A DNA stretch of 64,000 nucleotides from Gammaproteobacteria bacterium. Lineage in GTDB: Bacteria; Pseudomonadota; Gammaproteobacteria; Natronospirales; DASSBR01. The DNA lies in NCBI GenBank assembly GCA_035701285.1, contig DASSNT010000015.1, positions 4,969 through 68,968 on the forward strand, given 5' to 3'. The translations under genes and the position numbers were made by a program. Each line of letters opens with the position of its first letter. Within the stretch, counting starts at the first letter, position 1. Positions 8,381 to 15,566 of the stretch are shown here, piece by piece. The notes below the pieces were generated by a model that made no database searches, was not told the DNA's origin, and worked only from the letters and a program-made list of their open reading frames with translations.

Positions 8381-9754
8381 ATGCCGCTCCGCGGCACACG
8401 TCCACGGATCTCCATGTCTGACGAAAACTCCCGCGAAGGCGGCCTGGTCGCCCCTACGCGCCATCCGATTGACTGGCGCAACCCCGACTTTTACAACGAG
8501 GAAGCGCTCATCGGCGAGATGGAGCGCATCTTCGACATCTGTCACGGCTGCCGGCGTTGCTTCAACCTCTGCAATGCCTTCCCGACGCTGTTCGACGCGA
8601 TCGACGAATCGGAAACGATGGAACTCGACAGCGTCGACCGCAAGGTCTACTGGAAAGTCGTCGACCACTGCTACCTGTGCGACATGTGCTACATGTCGAA
8701 ATGCCCGTACGTGCCGCCGCACCCGTGGAATGTCGACTTCCCCCACACGATGCTGCGGGCCAAGGCGGTCAAGCGCAAAAACGAGGGCACGACATTTCGC
8801 GACCGTACGCTCAGCTCCACCGACACGATGGGCAAGTTCGCCGGCATCCCGATCGTCGCCGAAACGGTCAACGCGGTGAACAACAACAGCATCGCCCGCA
8901 AGGCACTGCACAAAACCTTCGGCGTCCATCAGGACGCGGTGCTGCCGAAGTTCCACGGCAAGACGCTGCGCAAGCGCCTGAAAAACCGACCGGAGCTGGC
9001 GCTCACGCCTGAACCGGCTGAAGGCACCACCGGCAAAGTCGCGCTGTTCACCACCTGCTACGGCAACTACAACCGCCCGGAAATGGGCGAAGACCTGGTC
9101 GCCGTCTTCGAACACAACGGCATCCCGGTGCGCCTCGCGCAGCAGGAAAACTGCTGCGGCATGCCCAAGCTCGAACTGGGCGACCTGGAAGCGGTCGAGA
9201 AACTCAAAAGCGGCAACATCCCGGTACTCGCGAAACTGGTCGACGAAGGCTACGACATCGTTGCCCCGGTGCCGTCGTGCGTACTCATGTTCAAGCACGA
9301 ACTGCCGTCACTGTTCCCGGACGACCCCGACGTCGCCAAGGTGCGCGACGCGACGTTCGACCCGTTCGAATACCTGATGCGGCGCCACAAGGCCGGCAAG
9401 CTGGATACCGAATTCAAAAACCCGCTCGGCAAGGTCGCCTACCACGTCCCGTGCCATCTGCGGGTGCAAAACATCGGCCTCAAAACCCGCGACCTGCTGC
9501 AACTCGTTCCCGACACCGAAGTGCAGGCGATCGAACGCTGCTCCGGGCACGACGGCACCTATGCCGTGAAAGCCGAATTTCATGAAACGTCAATGAAAAT
9601 TGGCAAGCCGGTAGTCAATCGGGTACAAAAGGCTGAGGCGGCACATTACGCCAGCGATTGCCCGATGGCCGCCGACCAGATCATGAATGGTCTTGAGAGC
9701 GACGAGAAACCGGCACATCCGCTGGGCCTTCTTCGCAAGGCCTACGGTATTTAA
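8381..9754 (+). CDS. HdrD/GlpC-like iron-sulfur oxidoreductase (two 4Fe-4S ferredoxin motifs plus two cysteine-rich CCG-type domains)
   Basis: Contains CHGCRRCFNLC and CYLCDMCYMSKCP, followed by TTCYGNY...CCGMP and VPCHL...CSGHDG. The start is uncertain (ATG at 8381 or 8414). Confidence 0.8.
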   Translation: MPLRGTRPRISMSDENSREGGLVAPTRHPIDWRNPDFYNEEALIGEMERIFDICHGCRRCFNLCNAFPTLFDAIDESETMELDSVDRKVYWKVVDHCYLCDMCYMSKCPYVPPHPWNVDFPHTMLRAKAVKRKNEGTTFRDRTLSSTDTMGKFAGIPIVAETVNAVNNNSIARKALHKTFGVHQDAVLPKFHGKTLRKRLKNRPELALTPEPAEGTTGKVALFTTCYGNYNRPEMGEDLVAVFEHNGIPVRLAQQENCCGMPKLELGDLEAVEKLKSGNIPVLAKLVDEGYDIVAPVPSCVLMFKHELPSLFPDDPDVAKVRDATFDPFEYLMRRHKAGKLDTEFKNPLGKVAYHVPCHLRVQNIGLKTRDLLQLVPDTEVQAIERCSGHDGTYAVKAEFHETSMKIGKPVVNRVQKAEAAHYASDCPMAADQIMNGLESDEKPAHPLGLLRKAYGI

Positions 9755-9775
9755 AATCTGCCCGGGGTTCTTGTC

Positions 9776-9854
9776 CCTTCTCCCTCAGGGAGAAGGTTAG
9801 GATGAGGGGGGCAATTAACACCCCTCACCCCGGCCCTCTCCCTGAGGGAGAGGG
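9776..9854. repeat. REP-like module pair (inverted orientation)
   Basis: CCTTCTCCCTCAGGGAGAAGGTTAGGATGAGGGG (9776-9809) faces its approximate reverse complement CCCCTCACCCCGGCCCTCTCCCTGAGGGAGAGGG (9821-9854). The same module recurs at 12920-13012. Confidence 0.7.
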
Positions 9855-9910
9855 AGCTAAAGAGTCGGCTTTAGCTTTAGCCGGTGGAGCGTTCACGCCG
9901 CGTGAGCGCA

Positions 9911-10021
9911 GGCGCACGTGCCGGTAGCTATTTTCCGGGGCGTGTGAGGCAGGATGCCGAACCCGGAGCCTCCATGGACGGATTTACGGCGTCCCGGAAA
10001 ATAGCTACCGGTGCGGGCGCC
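9911..10021. repeat. Palindromic intergenic element with ~20-30 bp inverted termini and a CCATGGACGG core
   Basis: CCGGTAGCTATTTTCCGGGG (9921-9940) pairs with CCCGGAAAATAGCTACCGG (9993-10011). About 80% identical, by eye, to the reverse complement of 37979-38054. Confidence 0.7.
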
Positions 10022-10052
10022 GGCAACGAAGCAACATCAACAGGACAATCCG

Positions 10053-10637
10053 ATGGAAAAACTGACGCGCGACGATCTGCTGAGCCTGGAACAGTACGCG
10101 GATAAACGCATGGAATTCCGCCAGCGCGCGCTGGCGCACAAACGCGACCGCAACCTCGCCATCGGGCCCAACGTCACGCTGCTGTTCGAAGACCGCCTGA
10201 CCATCCAGTACCAGATCCAGGAAATGCTGCGTGTCGAACGCATCTTCGAATCGGCCGGCATCCAGGACGAACTGGACGCCTACAACCCGCTGATTCCGGA
10301 CGGCCGCAACTGGAAAGCGACCATGCTGATCGAATTTCCGGACGTCAACGAGCGCCGCCAGGCCCTGGCGCGATTAATCGATATCGAAGACAAAGTCTGG
10401 GTGCAGGTGAACGGCTGCGAACGCATCGTCGCCGTGGCCGACGAAGACCTTGAACGCGGCACGCCCGAAAAAACCGCCGCCGTCCACTTCCTGCGCTTCG
10501 ACCTCGACGACGCCTCCATCCGCGCGCTCAAGGACGGCGCCTCTGTCAGCGCCGGCGTCGACCACCCCGAGTACCAGCACTCGGTGGGCCCGATCCTCGA
10601 AAATATCCGGAGAAGTTTGCTCGCCGATCTCGATTGA
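10053..10637 (+). CDS. DUF3501 family protein (function unknown)
   Basis: 194 aa from MEKLTRDDLLSLEQYA..R..FR. I recognise the pattern as DUF3501 (PF12007) from memory. The longer ORF start at 10011 lies inside the palindromic repeat and is rejected. Confidence 0.75.
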   Translation: MEKLTRDDLLSLEQYADKRMEFRQRALAHKRDRNLAIGPNVTLLFEDRLTIQYQIQEMLRVERIFESAGIQDELDAYNPLIPDGRNWKATMLIEFPDVNERRQALARLIDIEDKVWVQVNGCERIVAVADEDLERGTPEKTAAVHFLRFDLDDASIRALKDGASVSAGVDHPEYQHSVGPILENIRRSLLADLD

Positions 10638-10665
10638 CGCCCAACGACTGGTACAATCGCTCGCC

Positions 10666-12549
10666 ATGAGCAGCCAGTATGATGCCGCCGCTATCGAAGT
10701 TCTAAGCGGCCTCGACCCCGTGCGCAAGCGCCCGGGCATGTATACCGACACCACCCGCCCGAACCACCTCGCCCAGGAAGTCATCGACAACAGCGTCGAC
10801 GAGGCGCTGGCAGGTCATGCGAAGCGTATCGACGTCACGTTGCACAAGGACGGTTCGCTGGAAGTCAGCGACGACGGCCGCGGCATGCCCGTCGACCTGC
10901 ACCCGGAAGAAAAAATCCCCGGCGTCGAACTGATCCTGACGCGGCTGCACGCCGGCGGCAAATTCTCCGCGCGCAACTACCGCTTCTCCGGTGGACTGCA
11001 CGGCGTCGGCGTATCGGTCGTCAACGCGCTCTCCAGCCACCTCGAAATCTGGATCCGACGCGGCGGGCAGGAATACAACATGGCCTTCAAGGACGGGTAC
11101 ACGGTGTCCGCCCTCGAAGCCATCGGCAAGGTCGGCAAACAGAATACCGGCACCACGCTACGATTCTGGCCGGACGCCAAATACTTCGACTCGGCCAAAT
11201 TCTCCATTCCGCGCCTGGAACACGTCTTGCGCGCCAAAGCCGTACTGTGTCCGGGCCTGCATGTCACGCTGACGGCCGAAGGTGGCGAACAGAAGGAATG
11301 GTACTTTGAGGCCGGCCTCACGGATTACCTGGCCGAAGCGCTTGGCGACGCGGAACGGCTGCCCGAAGAGCCATTCGTCGGCAGCTTCGAAGGCACGACC
11401 GAAGCGGTCGACTGGGCGCTGGCCTGGCTGCCGGCGGAAGGCGAGTTGATAACGGAAAGCTACGTCAACCTGATTCCGACCATCCAGGGCGGCACGCACG
11501 TCAACGGCCTGCGCACCGGCCTGACCGACGCGGTGCGCGAATTCTGCGAGTTCCGCAACCTGATCCCGCGCGGCGTCAAACTGACGCCGGACGACGTCTG
11601 GAACCGGCTGTCATATGTGCTGTCGGTCAAGATGAACGATCCGCAGTTCTCGGGCCAGACAAAAGAACGTTTGTCGTCGCGCCAGTGCGCGAGCTTCGTC
11701 GGCGGTGTTGTCAAGGACGCGTTCGCGCTGTGGCTGAACCAGCACACGGATGCCGGCGAGAAGATCGCCGAACTGGCGCTCGAAAACGCCCAGGCGCGCC
11801 TGCGTACCAGCAAAAAGGTGGTGCGCAAAAAAGTCACCAGCGGCCCGGCCCTTCCCGGCAAGCTCGCCGACTGTACCAGCCAGGATCCGACCCGCGGCGA
11901 ACTGTTCCTGGTCGAGGGTGACTCCGCCGGCGGCTCCGCCAAGCAGGCCCGCGACCGCGAATACCAGGCGATCATGCCGCTGCGCGGCAAGATCCTGAAC
12001 ACGTGGGAAGTCGACCCGGCGCAGGTGCTGGGCTCGCAGGAAGTCCACGACGTCAGCATCGCCATCGGCGTCGAGCCCGGCAGCAACGATCTGAAAGGCC
12101 TGCGCTATCACAAGATCTGCGTGCTGGCGGACGCCGACTCCGACGGCCAGCACATCGCTACGTTATTGTGCGCGCTGTTCCTGAAGCACTTCCGCCCGCT
12201 GGTCGAACAGGGCCACGTATTCATCGCGATGCCGCCACTGTACCGCGTCGACGTAGGCAAGCAGGTTTTTTACGCGTTGGACGACGCCGAACGCCAGGCC
12301 GTCTTCGACCGCATCGAAGCGGAAAAGCTCAAGGGCAAGGTATCGGTCACCCGATTCAAGGGGCTGGGCGAAATGAGTCCGCTACAGCTTCGCGAGACCA
12401 CAATCTCGCCGGACACGCGCCGCCTAGTGCAACTGACGATCGACGGCAACGACAAGACCGACGACCTGCTGGACATGCTGCTGGCAAAGCGCCGTTCGCC
12501 GGACCGCAAGGCGTGGCTGGAAGAGAAGGGCAACCTTGCGGAGGTATGA
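10666..12549 (+). CDS. parE: DNA topoisomerase IV subunit B
   Basis: The true start is MSSQYDAAAIEVLSGLDPVRKRPGMYT. Contains GHKL ATPase and TOPRIM motifs (EVIDNSVDEA, LVEGDSAGGSA, DADSDGQHI). About 628 aa, as expected for ParE. The upstream 72 codons of the ORF overlap the DUF3501 gene. Confidence 0.95.
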   Translation: MSSQYDAAAIEVLSGLDPVRKRPGMYTDTTRPNHLAQEVIDNSVDEALAGHAKRIDVTLHKDGSLEVSDDGRGMPVDLHPEEKIPGVELILTRLHAGGKFSARNYRFSGGLHGVGVSVVNALSSHLEIWIRRGGQEYNMAFKDGYTVSALEAIGKVGKQNTGTTLRFWPDAKYFDSAKFSIPRLEHVLRAKAVLCPGLHVTLTAEGGEQKEWYFEAGLTDYLAEALGDAERLPEEPFVGSFEGTTEAVDWALAWLPAEGELITESYVNLIPTIQGGTHVNGLRTGLTDAVREFCEFRNLIPRGVKLTPDDVWNRLSYVLSVKMNDPQFSGQTKERLSSRQCASFVGGVVKDAFALWLNQHTDAGEKIAELALENAQARLRTSKKVVRKKVTSGPALPGKLADCTSQDPTRGELFLVEGDSAGGSAKQARDREYQAIMPLRGKILNTWEVDPAQVLGSQEVHDVSIAIGVEPGSNDLKGLRYHKICVLADADSDGQHIATLLCALFLKHFRPLVEQGHVFIAMPPLYRVDVGKQVFYALDDAERQAVFDRIEAEKLKGKVSVTRFKGLGEMSPLQLRETTISPDTRRLVQLTIDGNDKTDDLLDMLLAKRRSPDRKAWLEEKGNLAEV

Positions 12550-12917
12550 GGAAGAGCGGGGTTCGGGATTCGGGGGTCGGGGTTCGGGATTCGGGGGTCG
12601 GGGTTCGGGAAGAGAAACCGATCTATCCGCGCATTTATGCGGCGGTGCGTGACATTCCTCCGGGCTACGTTGCGACGTATGGCGGTATTGCGCGTCATGT
12701 CGGGGCGTCGACGCCGCGCCAGGTCGGCTATGCGATGGCCGCGTTGCCGGCCGGCAGCGATGTGCCGTGGCATCGGGTCATCAATTCGAGAGGCGAAGTC
12801 AGCACGCGACAATCCGGTTACGGTGCATCCGAGCAGCGTACGTTGCTGGAGGACGAGGGCGTGTTTTTCGATCGACGCGGCAGGGTCGACCTGGCGAAGT
12901 TTGGCTGGTTGTCGTGA
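12546..12917 (+). CDS. atl: Alkyltransferase-like protein (MGMT DNA-binding domain with Trp replacing the active-site Cys: PWHRV)
   Basis: Contains IPPGYVATYGGIA...PRQVGYAM and VPWHRVIN (PWHRV rather than PCHRV). The only in-frame start is the ATG at 12546, which overlaps the parE stop (ATGA). As a result the heptad repeat array is translated as MRKSGVRDSGVGVRDSGVGVRE. Confidence 0.75.
   Translation: MRKSGVRDSGVGVRDSGVGVREEKPIYPRIYAAVRDIPPGYVATYGGIARHVGASTPRQVGYAMAALPAGSDVPWHRVINSRGEVSTRQSGYGASEQRTLLEDEGVFFDRRGRVDLAKFGWLS
12550..12614 (+). repeat. G-rich heptad array (GGGGTTC/GGGATTC/GGGGGTC; 21-nt superunit x2.5) flanked by direct GGAAGAG repeats
   Basis: Read directly from the DNA. There are nine G3-5 tracts between 12558 and 12609. 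GGAAGAG occurs at 12550-12556 and again at 12608-12614. Confidence 0.85.
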
Positions 12918-12919
12918 AT

Positions 12920-13012
12920 CACCCCAACCCTCTCCCGAAGGGAGAGGGGGCTAAGAGAGCTTTGGCTGGTCCCTTGCTCCTTCTCCCTCAGGGAGAAGGT
13001 TGGGACGAGGGG
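12920..13012. repeat. REP-like module pair (same family as 9776-9854, opposite arrangement)
   Basis: CACCCCAACCCTCTCCCGAAGGGAGAGGGGG (12920-12950) and CCTTCTCCCTCAGGGAGAAGGTTGGGACGAGGGG (12979-13012). Confidence 0.7.
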
Positions 13013-13066
13013 ATAAATTGCCTGCCGGCCAGGAAGGCCGGCTCTTCAACTGCGATTTGAGCGCAG

Positions 13067-13164
13067 CCGAAGATCGGGCCAAAAAAGGGGGAAACAAGGA
13101 ACATTGTCCGAAGCCATGGATGGCTGAGTTATGTTCCGGCCCCCTTTTTCGGCCCGATCTTCGG
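13067..13164. repeat. Palindromic element with 25-bp inverted termini and a CCATGGATGG core
   Basis: CCGAAGATCGGGCCAAAAAAGGGGG (13067-13091) pairs with CCCCCTTTTTCGGCCCGATCTTCGG (13140-13164) with 1 mismatch. The loop contains CCGAAGCCATGGATGGCTGAG, related to the core at 9961-9985. Confidence 0.7.
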
Positions 13165-13167
13165 GAA

Positions 13168-13245
13168 GTCGTCAGCACAGGGATGTGCTGACGACCAAGC
13201 TCCATGAGCATGGTTTTGCCTACTTTTGCCAAAACAAAAGTAGGC
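13168..13245. repeat. Two perfect stem-loops (12-bp and 11-bp stems)
   Basis: GTCGTCAGCACA-ggga-TGTGCTGACGAC (13168-13195) and GCCTACTTTTG-ccaaaa-CAAAAGTAGGC (13218-13245). Confidence 0.75.
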
Positions 13246-13307
13246 CGGCCGCCGGGCCGGGACCCGGCACCTAATTCACCGCGCGGAGCGCGCACAAAAC
13301 CTAATCC

Positions 13308-15557
13308 ATGAGCACAACAGACGTAATCAACTACGAACGCCAACCCCTAAAAACGTTCACAGAAAAGGCGTACCTCGATTACTCAATGTCAGTAATCCTG
13401 GACCGCGCGCTACCCCACATAGGCGACGGCATGAAACCCGTCCAGCGCCGCATCGTCTACGCCATGTCCGAACTGGCGCTAAACGCCGGCGCCAAACCGA
13501 AAAAATCCGCCCGCACCGTCGGCGACGTACTGGGCAAGTTCCACCCCCACGGCGACCTGGCCTGCTACGAAGCCATGGTCCTGATGGCGCAACCGTTCGC
13601 CTACCGCTACCCGCTGATCGACGGCCACGGCAACTGGGGCTCGATCGACGATCCGAAGTCGTTCGCGGCCATGCGCTACACCGAGTCGCGGCTGACGCCG
13701 TACGCGGCGGTGCTGCTGTCCGAACTGGGGCAGGGCACGGTCGACTGGCAGCCGAACTTCGACGGCACGCTCGGAGAACCCAGGCTGCTGCCGGCGCGGT
13801 TACCGAACCTGCTGCTGAACGGCGTCAGCGGCATTGCCGTCGGCATGGCGACCGACATCCCGCCGCATAACCTGAACGAGGTCGCCCAGGCCTGCATTCA
13901 CCTGCTGGACAATTCGAAGGCGGACGTTGCCGAACTGGTCGAGCACATCCAGGGGCCGGATTTCCCCACCGGTGGTGAAATCATCACGCCGGCCGAAGAA
14001 CTGCTGGCGATGTACACGTCCGGCAACGGCAGCGTGCGCGTACGCGCCGTATATGAGCGCGAAGACGGCGACATCGTCATCACGGCGCTGCCGTTCCAGG
14101 TATCCGGCAGCAAGGTGCTGGAGCAGATTGCGACGCAGATGCGCGCGAAGAAACTGCCGATGGTCGACGACCTGCGCGACGAGTCGGATCACGAAAACCC
14201 GATCCGGCTGGTCATTACGCCGCGCTCGAACCGCATCGACGTCGATGCGCTGATGGCGCATTTGTTCGCGACGACGGATCTCGAGCGCAGCTACCGCGTC
14301 AACATGAACGTGATCGGCACCGACGGCCGGCCGCGGGTCAAGAACCTGCGCGATTTTCTCGACGAATGGCTCAAGTTCCGCCTGCACACCGTCACGCGGC
14401 GTTTGCAATTCCGGCTGGAGAAGGTCGAACGGCGCCTGCACATTCTCGACGGCTTGCTGATCGCGTTCCTGAACATCGACGAAGTGATCGCGATTATTCG
14501 TCACGAGGACAATCCGAAGGCCGAGTTGATTGCACGCTTCAAGTTGAGCGATGAACAGGCCGAAGCGATTCTTGAACTGAAATTGCGTCATCTCGCGAAG
14601 CTCGAGGAAATGAAGATCCGAGGCGAGCAGGCCGATCTGGCGGCCGAGCGCGACACGCTGACGAAGACGCTCGGTTCCAGGGCCCGCCTGCGCAAGCTGG
14701 TACGGACCGAACTGGAGCAGGACGCCGCGCAGTTTGGCGACGAGCGCCGCTCAAGGTTGGTCGAGCGTCAGGCCGCGCAGGCGCTGGATGAAACCCAGTT
14801 GCTGCCGAGCGAGCCGGTGACGGTGGTGCTTTCCCAGCGGGGCTGGATTCGCGCGGCAAAAGGACACGATGTTGACGCGGCGGGTTTGAACTACAAGGCG
14901 GGCGACGCTTTCCTGGCTGCAGCCGAAGGGCGCAGTAATCAGCAGGCAATTTTCGTCGACTCGACCGGGCGCGCATATACGTCCGTCGCCCATTCGCTGC
15001 CATCCGCACGCGGGCAGGGCGAGCCTCTTTCCGGGCGATTCAATCCACCGGACGGCGCAACTTTCGCAGGGGTCATGGCCGGAGACGCGGACGATCGCTG
15101 GATCGTCGCCAGCGATGCGGGCTACGGTTTTGTGCTGCGCCTTGGCGAGGCGTCGTCGCGCAACCGCGCCGGCAAAGCATTGCTTAATGTCCCGAAGGGC
15201 GCGGCGGTGCTGGTGCCGACGGCGGTGGCGGATCCGGCGACTGACCGGCTGGCCGTGGTCGACAACGAGGGCCGGCTGCTGGTATTTCCGGTCAGCGAGC
15301 TGCCGGAACTGGCACGCGGCAAAGGCAACAAGCTGATGGCAATTCCGGCGAAGAAGGCCGCCGCACGGGAGGAATACCTCGTGGCGATGCTGAGTGTGCC
15401 GGCCGATGACACACTGGTGATACTGAGCGGTCAGCGGCACATGCGCCTGAAACCCGCCGAACTTGATGACTATGTCGGCGAGCGCGGCCGGCGCGGCGCG
15501 AAATTGCCGCGTGGCTTCCGTAAGGTGGACGGGCTGGTGCTGGCGTCCAAGGCGTAG
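13308..15557 (+). CDS. parC: DNA topoisomerase IV subunit A
   Basis: 749 aa. The N-terminus [30 protein letters not shown] and the catalytic region AAMRYTE are typical of ParC. Partnered with parE upstream. Confidence 0.95.
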   Translation: MSTTDVINYERQPLKTFTEKAYLDYSMSVILDRALPHIGDGMKPVQRRIVYAMSELALNAGAKPKKSARTVGDVLGKFHPHGDLACYEAMVLMAQPFAYRYPLIDGHGNWGSIDDPKSFAAMRYTESRLTPYAAVLLSELGQGTVDWQPNFDGTLGEPRLLPARLPNLLLNGVSGIAVGMATDIPPHNLNEVAQACIHLLDNSKADVAELVEHIQGPDFPTGGEIITPAEELLAMYTSGNGSVRVRAVYEREDGDIVITALPFQVSGSKVLEQIATQMRAKKLPMVDDLRDESDHENPIRLVITPRSNRIDVDALMAHLFATTDLERSYRVNMNVIGTDGRPRVKNLRDFLDEWLKFRLHTVTRRLQFRLEKVERRLHILDGLLIAFLNIDEVIAIIRHEDNPKAELIARFKLSDEQAEAILELKLRHLAKLEEMKIRGEQADLAAERDTLTKTLGSRARLRKLVRTELEQDAAQFGDERRSRLVERQAAQALDETQLLPSEPVTVVLSQRGWIRAAKGHDVDAAGLNYKAGDAFLAAAEGRSNQQAIFVDSTGRAYTSVAHSLPSARGQGEPLSGRFNPPDGATFAGVMAGDADDRWIVASDAGYGFVLRLGEASSRNRAGKALLNVPKGAAVLVPTAVADPATDRLAVVDNEGRLLVFPVSELPELARGKGNKLMAIPAKKAAAREEYLVAMLSVPADDTLVILSGQRHMRLKPAELDDYVGERGRRGAKLPRGFRKVDGLVLASKA

Positions 15558-15566
15558 CGCCAGGCG

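Noticed and set aside
8368-8395. Hairpin CCGCGGGGCGGC-acat-GCCGCTCCGCGG after the rubrerythrin gene as a terminator
   Set aside because: There is no U-tract, and it overlaps the possible start region of the Fe-S gene. At most it is an inter-cistronic stem. Evidence is insufficient to annotate it.
7886-9298. 470-aa ORF antisense to the rubrerythrin and Fe-S genes
   Set aside because: It is entirely antisense to two genes with clear family motifs. Its composition is Arg/Ala/Val/Gly-rich, typical of out-of-frame reading in GC-rich DNA. It has no recognisable motifs.
10450-10665. N-terminal extension of the parE ORF (start at 10450)
   Set aside because: The extension overlaps the 3' end of the DUF3501 gene in another frame. 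Conserved ParE sequence begins at MSSQYD (10666).
12003-12545. Upstream 181 codons of ORF 12003..12917, which would make a 304-aa protein
   Set aside because: This part lies in an alternative frame of the parE 3' region and has Arg/Pro/Gly-rich composition. The recognisable ATL domain starts only after the parE stop.
12558-12609. Heptad arrays (and the 130-bp tandem repeat at 51201-51500) as possible CRISPR arrays
   Set aside because: The units are directly adjacent with no unique spacers. Unit sizes (7/21 nt or 130 nt) do not fit CRISPR repeat-spacer architecture. There are no cas genes in the window.
12558-12609. Heptanucleotide slippage as an ON/OFF phase-variation switch for atl
   Set aside because: Neighbouring heptads differ in sequence, so the perfectly repeated unit is 21 nt. 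Slippage by that unit keeps the frame. A 7-nt slip is therefore not favoured. The idea is kept only as a remote possibility.
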